A stretch of 63,939 nt of DNA, filler included, from Basidioascus undulatus (Eukaryota): the NCBI GenBank assembly GCA_000826855.1. It is 18 parts of 18 records of this genome, joined end to end, with 100 filler letters (N's around TTAATTAATTAA, not from the genome) between each part and the next. Parts side by side here need not be neighbours in the genome. Positions count along the whole stretch, not along the records: positions 1 to 2,344 come from JTLS01002807.1; positions 2,445 to 4,787 come from JTLS01002808.1; positions 4,888 to 27,753 come from JTLS01000281.1; 15 more parts are not named here. One strand, given 5' to 3'. The notes below the pieces were generated by a model. The model did not search any database. It was not told the DNA's origin and saw nothing but the letters and a program-made list of their open reading frames with translations. Shown piece after piece: positions 1 through 11,484 of this stretch. Position numbers and translations under genes: made by a program. The first letter of the stretch is position 1; every line of letters starts with the position of its first letter.

Positions 1-262
1 GGTGGAGGTGCGGGTCGGGGATAAGTCTGTTGCGGAGGGGAGTCATACGAAGTTCGTGGGTGGAGGTGAGGGAGAGGGAGGGACGTACAGAGGGGTGCGC
101 GGCGTGTTGTCGGTGCGGGTAGTCCGCGTACGGCGGGTAGTATCCCCCGCGGTGGGGTTGCGCGTGCGCGTGCGCGTGTAGGTGTGGGTGCTGGTGCTGG
201 TGCTGGTAGCCGTGGTACACCCCCGGCGGGGCGTTTGAGACGTCGTATCCGCCCTGGGACAT
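1..262 (-). CDS. 5' part of a His/Gln/Tyr/Pro-rich low-complexity protein (partial, runs off the window)
   Basis: ATG at 262 reads MSQGGYDVSNAPPGVYHGYQHQHQHPHLHAHAHAQPHRGGYYPPYADYPHRQHAAHP, followed by a GTACGT donor near 88. No family recognised. Confidence 0.55.
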   Translation of the reverse strand, partial: MSQGGYDVSNAPPGVYHGYQHQHQHPHLHAHAHAQPHRGGYYPPYADYPHRQHAAHPSVRPSLSLTSTHELRMTPLRNRLIPDPHLH

Positions 263-1312
263 CGCTTCGTCTCTGTGCGGCGGGGGTGGTGTGTGGTTGG
301 TCTGGATGGAGAGCGTGGTCAAGCGCAGGGAGTGGTGTCCAGGGTGTAGTTGTGGATTGAAGCAAGGATGGCGGGGAGGTGGCAGGCGGGGAAGGGGCGG
401 ATGGAAGGCAGGCAGGGCAAGGTGAGGAGGGAGAACGGTCGTGGGAAGGATGCAAGAGGCGAGCAGGCGAGCGAGGGGAGGCGTCCGGTCTATGGAGTCC
501 CGCCGCCCATGCTTCCAACCTTGTCTTCGCTTTCTTTCTCTTCTTTCAGGTTTCAAGTTTCACAGTCGACTGCATTTCGTTCACTTGATGATCCCGAATT
601 CCACATAGAGACGCAACGAGGATGTCTGTCGCAAGAGAAAGAAAAAACCCTCCGCGCGCCCGTGCCTGTTATTTACTTTTCCCAGCGTCACGCTCTTGAC
701 ACCACGCGTCAAAAACGCAGACACGCGACGGCGCGTCATCCGTTCGCGTCCTCGACCACCTCAACATTCTGCACTGCGCTGCAACCTGTTTGTTGCTGTT
801 TGAATTTTCTTGCAGAACGAATGCACATTCTCTTGATACTGGAGTGCATATAGCTCATCGTGGCTTCCTCGAGTGAACGTCCTCCTTCCCTTGAAGCGCT
901 TCCCCTTCCAAGCTCGACCGTTCGCTCACTCTCACCCCGACCTGTATACGCAGTGTGCAGCTTTTCTCCTTCATTTCATTCTGCCCAGCCCGTAATACCT
1001 TTCCACTTTTAAAATGGCTGCTTGAAGAACACGGCCTGTGGCCTCGATCCGTTTATTCGACGTTCAAACACGAATCCGCAGCTCGCAACACAGCTTTCGT
1101 TATCCGCCTCACGTACGCACCTCCTCCCCATCTTGGCCCGCTGCGCTCGCTCTCCCCTTTCCCCTCACCCTCATCGTTATCTGCTGTTCCTCTCTCTCTC
1201 CAGGTCCCGCATCCATACCATCCATACCTCTTCCTTCCGCTCTCCCCTCCTTTCTCATTTTCCCCAGTCTCTTCCCGATACCCGCCCTGTCGAGTGGGGC
1301 TCGCCACGCACC

Positions 1313-2344
1313 ATGCGCCTCCCCACCCTCTTCCCCTCCCGCGCCTCGAGTTCCATCCCCCCGCGGCGGGCGCTCACGCCCGCCGAGCGCAAGCGGCTGT
1401 GGGTGTCGTACCTTGTTGATTGGGCGGTGGTGATTATCCTCTGGGTGGGTCCTCTTTCCCTGCACTCCTACCTTTCCTTTCCTCCCCCACCCTCCTCGGC
1501 CCTGCCCTGTTCCTCACCCTCCCTACTTCCCCTGAGGTTAGGAGTTGCTAACGCCCCCGTCCCCCCCAGGTCGTCTTCCTAGCCCTCGCCAAGCTCCCCG
1601 GCTACAAGCGTCAATTCTCGCTCTCCGACCCGTCCCTCCAACACACCTACACGATCCACGAGCGCGTCCCACCCTGGGCGCTCTACGTCCTCTCCCTCGC
1701 CCTCCCCGCAGCACTCACCCTCCTCACGTCCTTCCTCTCCTCTTCCTCCCTCTTCCGCTCTCCTACCTCTGCCCAGTCCGCCTCCTTCCCTTCCACTTCC
1801 CCATCCCGCCACTCCTCCCATTCCTCCGCCGACGGCGATCTCGCCGGGGAATCAAGATACTGGGACCCCCACGCCGCCCTTCTCGGGCTGGCGCTCGCGT
1901 GGTCGCTCGCCGCGTCAATAACCAACATCCTCAAGAACGCCGTCGGCCGCCCGCGGCCAGACGTGATTGATCGCTGCCAGCCGCGCGAGGGTGCGCGGGA
2001 CGCGGAGGTGTATGGGTTGAGCGACTGGAGCGTGTGCACGAGACGGGAGAAATTGGACGATGGGTTTAGGAGCTTTCCGAGTGGGCATTCATCTAGTACG
2101 TTCGACTCTTCTCGCCTCTCCACCGCGGGATGAATAGGGGTGCATGGGAGCCTGGGTACTGATGAGAGGGTTACAGTGTCTTTCGCAGGACTCGCCTTCC
2201 TCTCCCTCTACCTGGCCGGAAAACTCCGGATCTTCAACCGGCAGGGTTACACCGTGCGTCCCCCTCACCCCTCCTCTCATCCTCCTCCCTGTCCCCTCCT
2301 CACTAACCCACCCTTCCCCTTCCTCCGCCTTCCTCTCCACTTCA
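1313..2344 (+). CDS. PAP2-family lipid phosphate/diacylglycerol pyrophosphate phosphatase (Dpp1/Lpp1-like), 3' truncated
   Basis: Spliced product has SYLVDW...KRQFSLSDPSLQHTY..HERVP, motif C1 KNAVGRPRPD and motif C2 FRSFPSGHSS. GT-AG introns at about 1445-1569 and 2096-2176. Confidence 0.9.
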
Positions 2345-2444
2345 NNNNNNNNNNNNNNNNNNNNNNNNNNNNNNNNNNNNNNNNNNNNTTAATTAATTAA
2401 NNNNNNNNNNNNNNNNNNNNNNNNNNNNNNNNNNNNNNNNNNNN
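2345..2444. other. Artificial contig spacer N44-TTAATTAATTAA-N44 (first of 17)
   Basis: Identical 100-nt six-frame-stop linkers also at 4788-4887, 27754-27853, 30197-30296, 32637-32736, 35077-35176, 37516-37615, 39955-40054, 42390-42489, 44822-44921, 47253-47352, 49682-49781, 52107-52206, 54530-54629, 56952-57051, 59371-59470 and 61789-61888. Confidence 0.99.
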
Positions 2445-3079
2445 TCCGCCGCGCTCCGACGCCCCCTGGGTGGTCCTCGCGTTCGCGACCTTCCTGTTTG
2501 GGTACACGATCGGCCGCGGGCGCGCACCCCCGCCGCCCCCACCCGGTCCGACCATGCACCAGCTCGCCGCTATCATGCGCAGCTCGCTCCCGAACGAGAT
2601 TGCGCGAGCGGAGCAGGCGGTGCTGGGGTCGGTGGAGGCGGCGCGGATGGAGATGCGGCAGGCGGAGGAGCGGATTGGGAGGAGGGTGGGGGAGGATTTA
2701 AGGGCTTTGGAGAGGTGAGATGTCTTTAATTCGCTTGAGCCGTGGAAGGGGATCGTGCTCACCTTCTATTCTCGGCGTGCGATAGATCACGTCCACCCCC
2801 ACCCGCCCCGGCGTTTCCCCAGCCGCTCATTCCGGAGATAGCCAACTCGCTCTCGCACGTCGCGGCATTCATGGAAGAGATCGAGCGAGAGGTTCGTTCC
2901 ACGCTCCCATCCACACGTCCACTTCCTCACCACGCTGGCCACTGACTCGCCGGTTGCAGTCCGGACTCCCCCGCCCGCGAGGAGACCCCGACCCGCGTGG
3001 GATCGACAGGATCAGGGAAACAGCTATGAAGCTTGATGTGGCTGCGAAGGAGGTGCGTCTTCACAGGGAGATGTCATGA
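2445..3079 (+). CDS. 3' part of a hypothetical protein with one TM helix and a coiled coil
   Basis: PWVVLAFATFLFGYTIG, then a helical region. Plausible GT-AG introns at about 2715-2786 and 2892-2959; TGA at 3077-3079. Confidence 0.5.
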
Positions 3080-4064
3080 GGCGTTAGGGAATCTGAAGGC
3101 GTGCTGGGCGGCACAGATGGCCAGGCTCGCGGATAAAGCTGAGAAGACCCGGAAGAAAGCTACTACCACCGGGACGGGAAAGACGAAGGCTAAGGAGAAG
3201 GAGAAGGACAGGGAGAAGGATAATGTGGACGGCGAGTGATTCCGAGCGCTCTTGGGCGTGGAGAGTTCCGCGGTACTGCACATGTTGTATTCCTGCAGCG
3301 TCTGGGCTCGCTTAGGACAGGCCCTATGCTCCATGTGATTCCCAATTATTTTATGCCTGAGTATTGGCGCCAGTTTGGACATACATTTCGCTCGAGCGTC
3401 TGTGATGGCTCAAGCAGCGCTCGACAGGGGATACCGCAGTCTTTCCCAGCACAACACTTTCTCATCTGGGTCTAAAGCTGGCCCATTTGGTATTGTTTTG
3501 CCGCGTATGAATGAACCGCTTAAGTTTTCTAAGGACTCTTTATCATTTTGAGCAACTGCTCAACAGAATGTGGACGCCGCCGGTCGCGTGGACGGACTTG
3601 GCGTTCAGCCAATAGGTCGCATTCTGCATTCGCGCTGTCGTCGAGCACTACGGTTTGCTAAGTTTGAGGTATCATTTATTTGAAGTTGGGTAAATTAATG
3701 TTGGTAGAAAATAGGTGCTGGTTCGCCAGCTGCTTCGCGTGCATTACTGCGCATGGTGATGCTTTAATGGAGGAGCACTGGTGAAAGGTGAGAGTGTCCG
3801 TGTCACACATGACCGTTGGAATGCAACGAATGCTTTGAAATTTTTCAGACATCTCATTCTGCTAAGGGTAATTGCACAACCGCTGCTTAAATCGATCCTT
3901 CATGGACATGCACGGCAGGGCGCAGGAGCGATGCCTGTTTCTTCGTGATTCACCCTGAAGTAACTCCCTCATTTGCATTTATTCGTGATGTACACCATGA
4001 AGTGGTTATTCTCTAAGGCCGGCTGCTAAGTCGACTCAACAACTTGGCACTCCCTCCCTCTTGC

Positions 4065-4093
4065 TTGCACGTGACAGTTTGCACGTGACAGTT
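4065..4093. promoter_or_regulatory. Tandem 14-bp-period repeat with two CACGTGAC E-box (bHLH, Cbf1-type) sites
   Basis: TTGCACGTGACAGTTTGCACGTGACAGTT lies about 135-160 bp upstream of the ATG at 4227. Confidence 0.45.
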
Positions 4094-4226
4094 GAGATAA
4101 GATAGCTGACTCAGGTTTGCTGACGCAAGGCAGGGGCAACGACCGCCTCAAAGGCCGCACCGTCGCCACCGCTCCTTGACCTCCAACGACGACCACCCAC
4201 CGCACACAACCCCTCCAATACTCATC

Positions 4227-4787
4227 ATGCAGCAAGATCCCCCATCCTCCTCCTCCCCCTCGCTTACGCTGCACGTCGTCAACGCGGCCCTTTCCTCCCC
4301 GCTCAACCTCTCGCCGTCCACCCCGCTCTCGGCCCTTCGCGAAACGCTCGAGGACCTCATGTCCATAGCCGCCTCCAACCAGAAGTTGCTCTTCAAAGGC
4401 CGGGCGCTGGTCGGCGACGAGCGGACGCTCGAAGAGCTGGGGCTCCGGGATGGGTCGAGGGTCATGCTCCTTGGTGCGAAGAGGGAGGGCGTGGAGCGCG
4501 TGGAGAAGGGGGACAGGGAGGTCGTTCGGTCTGGGAAGGGGTATCTCAAACCGGGAAAGGTTCGTTGTCTCCTCCCCCCCCAACACAGCCTCATCTGAAC
4601 TCCACCTCACCTCGAACGTCCAGCTCCGCTCCACAGGCACCGCCACTATCAACCGTTACATCTTCCACAACCTCGCCCCGCTTCCCGTGCCCGCGCCGAA
4701 CCACTCAGCCGACGCGCTCCGCTACCTGAAGCGGCTCGGGCCCGGGAAGCGGGGCGAGGTTGATGAGCGACGGCGCGGGGAGACGGA
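4227..4787 (+). CDS. Ubiquitin-like domain plus start of a WLM (Wss1-like) metalloprotease, 3' truncated
   Basis: UBL motif LRETLEDLMSIAASNQKLLFKGRAL..DERTLEELGLRDGSRVMLLG. After intron 4560-4623 it reads YIFHNLAPLP..ADALRYLKRL, typical of the start of the WLM domain in UBL-WLM proteins. HExxH is not reached. Confidence 0.7.
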
Positions 4788-5063
4788 NNNNNNNNNNNNN
4801 NNNNNNNNNNNNNNNNNNNNNNNNNNNNNNNTTAATTAATTAANNNNNNNNNNNNNNNNNNNNNNNNNNNNNNNNNNNNNNNNNNNNGTCACTCCCCTGC
4901 ACGGTTCACTCAGCTTGCATCGACGGCGAAGCGAGGAACCGACATATCCCACTATAATCTTCAATATGCAATTCGTATGTGTACGATATTATATATTAAA
5001 ATCCAGAATCGCATTGCGAGCAACATGAGCATGACCTGCCATTCCATGCTCAAATTTGCAATC

Positions 5064-5549
5064 GGCAATACGAAGAAGCAAGTCACGTCCGCGATGGTGT
5101 TCGTTGCTTACTGCGCGGGGAATTGCTGGGCCTCAGTGAGGATCTTCCGGAACTTAATGGAATATGATAGCGCCTACTGAACCCCGAGTCACAGGTTCGT
5201 GTTCGCTGAGGAGAAGCCGCGCTACCGCTCCGCTTCGATCGCGATGCTGGCTGGTTGGTTACACTGCGAAACTTGTCGCCCACTGGTGAGATGGTCATAT
5301 TCCACAGTCCGTGCACGATTACATTAACATTCGTTCAAACCAGCGTTCTGGGGGCAACATGTGGTATACGAACATGCGCCGCAAGAAGTACGGGCCTGCG
5401 GACCCCAACCGCTCGGCTGAGGCCGGTATGCGGGGCGAGCCAGACAAGGAGAACAAGGTGAACCAGCTTTCTCGCTTGTTATGACAATGAAGACTTTGAA
5501 AGTAAGACTAAATTTGAATTCACTTTAGGACTTCCGCTTTGTCCTGTGG
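5064..5549 (+). pseudogene. Decayed 3' fragment of a Dal5-like allantoate permease (MFS, ACS family)
   Basis: GNTKKQVTSAMVFVAYCAGN, frameshift, GPQ|FVFAEEKPRYRSASIAMLAG...YGPADPNRSAEAGMRGEPDKENK|DFRFVL. The expected stop reads TGG and the N-terminal part is not recognisable. Confidence 0.75.
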
Positions 5550-6216
5550 ATGAAACCGCCACCACGTCGGCCGTCCGACAACCAACCCCCCACGAGTAGC
5601 GGTATTTTATGGTAGCGGCGTTTTCTCATGGTCTTGTATCCTGGATGCACCTATCAAAAGGAGATTTGGAAACATAAATCACAGAATGTCACGGATTCCC
5701 ACTGGTGTGCATCTGGATAAAAAGGAGAGGTCTCTCCAATAACTTTATCCCTCGTTTGGCGCTCTGATCAATTGTCTGCTGACGCTAAATCGTATTTAAA
5801 AATTTCAAGGCAATACAGATGTATGCAGTAAAGCTTGATGGATATACTCAATGAACCTCCGCTTGAGCTGGGTCTTCGAGGCTGACAGTTGCAGCCGCCG
5901 CTACTGAGCGACTACTTGCCCACTGTATACCGACGCACGCCCATATGACCAGGGCGCAATAAGATTGAGTGTTATATCTCACGGATCAATTGCCCTCTAG
6001 CGGCCGTGAGAGAGAGAAGAGGCTCCCAGATTTTTTTCATGAATCACATGGAGACTCAAAACATCCCGGAGCACGGGCATCGAGGCTTCGAAAATGCAGG
6101 AACATTCCGAAGGTATATGGAGGCCATTAGGCAGGGGAGGCGTGGTGGCGTCGATGATCAGAAGACACTTGAGAAAACGTTCCGTTCATAGCTACTGACC
6201 GACTGCTCTGTTAAAG

Positions 6217-7429
6217 CTTCGAGACGATCCAAAGGTCTTAACCACCTCCGCGAGGGCATTACCTGGAAGGATGTAAAGGCGGCATGCACGGACCCGGCGC
6301 TGGTCGGACTCTACGTGATCGGACTCGTACGTCGCACCGCACAGAAAAGAAAGATTGTATGACTGACCTTGTTTCTTGCAGATTGCGTACGTTCCCCAAA
6401 GCCCCGTGCAGACGTACCTCTCGCTTTCGCTCGAGAGACTGGGCTTGTGCGTTTCCCGCAGATCTTCGCGTCTCGTTGAATAAGAGAGCTAACGAACTCT
6501 CGCACCGGTTAGCAACACGTTGGAGAGCAACATGCTCCTCATCCCCTCGGCTGCGCTTCAAATCATCCTCATGCTTGCGCTCTCATGGTCCTCCGACCGC
6601 TTCCGTGAACCAACCTGGTGAGTCACCGACCTCTCTGTCGCCTGCTAGCAATCTTGGCCTGTGCTCATCTTTGCTCCCCTTTTACCTCAGGCACTGCTCC
6701 TTCGGGGAAGTCTAGTCTTTCCCTCTCCTCATTGCGCTGGCCTACGGAGACTCGAAGTTCTCCAACTGGAGCATCTTCGTCCTTGGAACGCTCGTCTCCG
6801 GCTGTAAGCTTCAGCTGCTATTGTTTATGATGATCCGAAAACAGACGTGCATATCTTTTTCTCGGACCCGTAAGCTTCCCTCCCGAGTGCCTTCGCACTG
6901 TAGCCGACCTCTGACCCTTCCCCCATTTTGTTCAGCTACTTCCACCCCATCGTCTTGGCCTGGGTTTCGGAAAACTCGTTCAGCATGAGCAATCGAATTC
7001 CTCACAGCATGGCATTTCACTGATTGCTGACAATCATCTCCCGCCTCAAGGTCTCGAAACGCGCGTTGGCGGCAGGGACCTACAACGTGATCGTTCAAGT
7101 CGGCTCGGTAGTTTCGTCGCAGATCAACAGGCCTGACGACGCTCCCTTCTGTCTGTCCAGCTGACCAATTTACCTTTCGAGCCCTTCATGTTATACTAAT
7201 TCCTCCTGCTGCCCATCACAGACCCTCACGCAAACAAGATCCTCTTCTCCATTTGTATGCTCTCCTGCGTCGTTTTCCTGCTCCAGCGCGTACAGCTCGC
7301 CAGGCTCAAACCCAAGAAGGCGGCGATCTGGGACTCAATGACCGACGCGGAACGGCGCAGTACCAGGCGGACACCGAGGCGAGAGAGCGGGACGGAAACC
7401 GCAGGCTCGACTTCCGCTTCGAGCTTTAG
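6217..7429 (+). pseudogene. Decayed 3' half of a second ACS-family MFS transporter (allantoate permease/Seo1-like subgroup)
   Basis: LRDDP, frameshift, KGLNHLREGITWKDVKAACTDPALVGLYVIGL|IAYVPQSPVQTYLSLSL...NMLLIPSAALQIILMLALSWSSDRFRE...YFHPIVLAWVSENS...GTYNVIVQVGSVVSSQINRPDDAPF...WDSMTDAER, 1-nt frameshift near 7356, QYQADTEARERDGNRRLDFRFEL*. Confidence 0.8.
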
Positions 7430-7821
7430 AAGCTCCAATTCACCCAGTCGCGGCGGCTGCGAAGTACACATTTTCTCTTCTAACCTTTCCCTTGGGTCAA
7501 CACATGGATGCATTCGTTAGCTTGATGTAGAACACATCGGTGCATTGCCTTGCGGTGTGAAAGGGCACCTAGATTTCATTGTGTAACAGGGACACTTTGA
7601 GAATGAGGGTCCTCCGAAACATCCTTAGAGCACAGAGGAACGAATGCCGCAATGACATTTATCACACATACAGCAATGCAGGCATATTTAGAGGTTTCAG
7701 AAGCTTACGTGAATTTGACTATGCGATTGAGTGCCCCGAGCATGATCAGTAGGTTGTCTACTTCCAAGAATTCAGGGTTCAATGTAAGGTTGAAAATGTG
7801 CAAAATGAAAAACATCCACAT

Positions 7822-7901
7822 GGCGAGATGGCCGAGCGGTCTAAGGCGCCAGACTAAGGATCTGGTCCGAAAGGGCGTGGGTTCGAATCCCACTCTCGTC
7901 A
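7822..7901 (+). tRNA. tRNA-Leu, anticodon AAG, intronless, long variable arm
   Basis: Acceptor stem GGCGAGA/TCTCGTC, D-arm TGGCCGAGCGGTCTAAGGC, anticodon arm CCAGA-CTAAGGA-TCTGG, T-loop GTTCGAATC. Confidence 0.97.
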
Positions 7902-7905
7902 AACC

Positions 7906-7910
7906 TTTTT
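7906..7910 (+). terminator. Pol III oligo-T terminator of tRNA-Leu
   Basis: TTTTT begins 5 nt after the discriminator base. Confidence 0.7.
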
Positions 7911-8531
7911 GCATCTCAATTTCTAGGCCAACAATCGCAGCATCGATCCAGGCGAGGGCGAGGCGCAACTACCGAGTTCGCACTGCAAGTACCGTAACTG
8001 ACCACACCAGGGCCCACCATGCCCAAATTTGGCATTGAGTACATTTAGGCAATGCTCGATGAGACCCAGTCACAGGCGGTCGATTAGCTTGTGTGTACCC
8101 AGTGTGAGGATGGGTCAAAGGTGAAGAAAGCGAAAGCACTTTTTGAATAAATGTACCTCGCTCTCTAATATCGCAAAAATTACCGGGTGACCATGATACT
8201 GTAGCTGCAAATGTCAGCTACCTGTCAGGCAACGGAAACTGCCGTTAAGCTCATTTGCATAATGCAAGAATTCCCACGGTTAGCGCGGCCTTGCGATGCG
8301 GAAGTTCCAACAGCCAACATCATCTTGCCTCGGTGTCAGTGCTCTGTATGTGGAAGGAAGTTCAGCTGATATGATCAATGGTGAAAGCCTTCTCACATCA
8401 CTAGCAAAGTAGTCTGACTGGCTCTCTCGGCCATGGCGGTGACGGCTAGGTATCGCAGAGAAATCAAGGTGAGAGCAGCTTCCTTCCCGCTCGTGCTTGC
8501 GCTTCACACATACGAATGGACCCAGAAATGC

Positions 8532-10760
8532 TCATTCATCAAGATCCATCTGATCTTCCTCGTCCTCGCTTCCTAGCTCCTCCTCTTCCTCGCTCTCCGA
8601 CCCTTCGCTCTCGGAATTTTCACTCTCGGATTCCGCCCTCTGACCCTTCCCCCCCATCCTCAACCGCCCCGCCTTTCCCGCAACCATATCACCCGCTTCG
8701 CCTCCACCCAGCTCCCGCAGATCCTTCCACTCCTCGTCCCACCCTGGCGAAGGTGCCTTTACAAGCGCTTCTGCCGTGCCTGAAGTCGCCTGCGCCAATC
8801 GATCTTGGGCCCATTGCGCGCGCTCCGCGGCGTCCGCGTCCTTCTTGTCCTTGCACTTGGCGGCCTTCTTCTTGGCGTCCTCCTGCTTCTCCTTCTTCAC
8901 ATCGGCAGCGGCGAGTCGTTGCGCGTCCTGTTGATCGAACTCGTCGAGCGCCTCCTGCGCGGTAAGGTGACGAGCGGTCTTGATGGACCCTTCCGGCTCT
9001 TGTTGCGCTTGCGCTCAAGCGCAGCGTCCTCTTCGCGCTCGAGCTCCTCACACCGGTGCTGAGGAAGGCATTGACGGTCCTGGCCTGCTCGACTTCACCG
9101 AGAAGGCTGTGAACGACGCCGAGGAGGTCGGACTGCGGAGCACTTGGTCTGAGAGTGCGGAGGCCTCGACCTTGTCAAGCAGCTGCGGGACATCGTGCTG
9201 CGGGGCGGTGACGAGGAGGTTGCTGACTGCGGTGGTGAGGATTGAGAGCTGATGATGAAGGGGAGGGGTATGGAACGAGAAGTCAGTACTGGAGGAGGAG
9301 ATGCTGAACAAAGGTGCAGGACTTCTGGTTGGCGGAGGATGGGTTAAAGGCTAGTCATGGAATGACGAGCTGAGCACGCACCTGGACAGTGTTGTCGTTC
9401 CTTGTCCCTTGTCCCTCTTCCTCCTCGTCTCGTGTCCTCATCGCGACGCTCCGCCGCCTGTTCCAGCTCTCGACCCTGCTCCTTATCGCTAACCTCACCC
9501 TCGCTCCGGTCATCGTCCTCGGGACGGCGTTCTTTCCCACCGCAGACTTCAGCTTCGCAGGGGTGGAGTAAATGCGAGGCGGGATCTGCAGACTTGACCT
9601 CCTCAGAGACGGCTGGCATCTGGCCAGCAGTGATCGCGTGGACAGCGGGGCTTTCCGCGCCTTGAGCGAGGAGACACTGCGCGATTCAGGTGACGATCGA
9701 GCGATGGGGGTCGGGGAGGGAGAGTAAGAGGGCTTGACATCGTTGTGCTTGATTGACGGATTGAAAGGGACGAGCCCGGTCGCTTTGAAGGCCTTTTTGA
9801 TGTTCTGCGGCATGAACGAATGCTCTCTTGCTCGTCCATGCGTGCTGTTTCCCACCTCCTTGTTAGCCACTGCTCGAGACTTTCCGCTGAAACTCACCCT
9901 TCGAACTTGGACTTTGTGATGCTGGAGCCACAGTTTGAAATCTCGTCGACTTCGTCGCCCCAGGAGTCGCAAAGGACGAGAAGACGACAATGTCGAGGCC
10001 CTGAAGGAGGTGCGTCGTGTGCGGTGGGTAGCACAGCACCTCGATGTTGTGTTTGGCGGCGAAACGAACGAACTTGGGCGTGACATGCGAGCCATGTCCG
10101 TCCAGGCAGAGCAAGCGCGTGCGGCCGGCTGCCTGCTCGCGGGTCTCGGCTCCGAAGTACTGGAGCTGGAAAGGATTGGAAAGTCAGAACACGCTTTACC
10201 CAGGCGAACCCCAGCTGATCATCAGTCCATCCATTTTCGGAGCACGTGTACTTACTTGCCAGCGACGCCTGTGCCCGTCCACAACCGGCGGATCAGCTTG
10301 CCCTTGTAGATGATGAAGGGCTTGATTGACGTGCCGTCTGCAGAGATGAGCTCGATCATCGGTATGTTCTCTCCATTCCCATCTACCTAGCCAATGAGAT
10401 CGAAGTCTAGATATGATATCAATAGCGGAGACTCACCTTGACAACATAAGCGCTGTACCAAGCGGGAACAAGGCGTCCAGTTAGACGACGCAAGCGGAGC
10501 ATACAGCCTTTCTCGTCCATGCCATAAACGAGCTCGTCGGTGACGTTGTACGAGTCTTTCACCGACTTGAACTACATAGGGTGTTCGCAAGCAAAGTTTG
10601 GAAGGGGAGAAGTGTAAGGTCGAACCAGCCCATGACCGCCTCCGGCGTCGCGCTCTGCGCTGGGATCCGCTCAAGCGACACAGAGAATTTACGCTTGATC
10701 TACGATCAAGCAAGGAGCATACGGTGGTTTTCGCTGCGTCGCTGCCCTGAATCCCCGGCT
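8532..10760 (-). mobile_element. Degenerate, intron-containing pogo/Fot1-like (DDE_1, DD35D) DNA transposon
   Basis: ATPEAVMGWFDL|..VYGMDEKG..ELISADGTSIKPFIIYKGK..ENGWTDDQLGFAW..LLCLDGHGSHVT..YPPHTTHLLQGLDIVVFS, with 35 residues between D2 and D3, then NIKKAFKATGLVPFNP and a K/E-rich tail. Frameshifts are present; no HTH region or TIRs were found. Confidence 0.88.
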
Positions 10761-10781
10761 GTCCCGCGGGATCGCAAGATC

Positions 10782-10808
10782 GCGATAACGTGTCAGCGAT
10801 AACGTGTC
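10782..10808. repeat. 13-bp direct repeat GCGATAACGTGTC x2 (14-bp period) upstream of PAC3
   Basis: Copies at 10782-10794 and 10796-10808. Confidence 0.8.
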
Positions 10809-10915
10809 CCCGCTGACGCGCGTCCCTTCCATCATCCCCTCCCTGCCTTTCTCTCCCCAATGCGAGCACTTTGTCAACCTAACCTTCAACCACAACCATG
10901 TGCACCCCCAGCAGC

Positions 10916-11484
10916 ATGATCCCAACGCGCCAGTCTTCCTCCACAATCCAAGACGTCCCGACCCAAGTCCTAGTCCAGCACTTCGCGGACCGGCTCCTCA
11001 TCCTCGTCACGCAGCTCGGGAAAGTCGGGACACTTGTACGCCTCCTTCCATCTCTTCGGCCCTCTCAACTGATCCCCAATTTGACCTCTCCCCTCCACAG
11101 GTCCAAGCGTCCACCCCCGCCCTCTCCGCACCCCTCCGCCCGACCTCCCATGAAGACGACTCGGACCCGGACGCTCCAGCTGACCCCGCACCAAACCCCT
11201 CGCCCTGGCCCGCGCCCTCGCTCTCCACCCAGCTCACGCCCCTCCTCGGGGTACCCACGCCGCTGCAGGAGCTGTATGTCTCCCAGATCGCAGCGATCGC
11301 TAGGCAGGAGGTCGTGGTTGTGGGAATTGCGTTGAAGAAGGGGGAGGGGGAGGGGGAGGGAGAGGGGGGAGAGGGCGACTGGGCGAGGGAGGGTGGGAGG
11401 TTTGATGCGGTTATGGGGCTTGTATTAGAGTGTCTAGGAGGAGAAGTGAGGGAGGGAGGGGAGGGGCGGGGGCATGAATTTTGA
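10916..11484 (+). CDS. Proteasome assembly chaperone 3 (PAC3/PSMG3 family)
   Basis: MIPTRQSSSTIQDVPTQVLVQHFADRLLILVTQLGKVGTL|VQAS...LTPLLGVPTPLQELYVSQIAAI..VVVGIALK. One intron at 11036-11100; alternative ATG at 10898. Confidence 0.85.

Noticed and set aside
7652..8038. ORFs on both strands overlapping the tRNA
   Set aside because: Spurious translations of the tRNA-Leu gene and its flanks.
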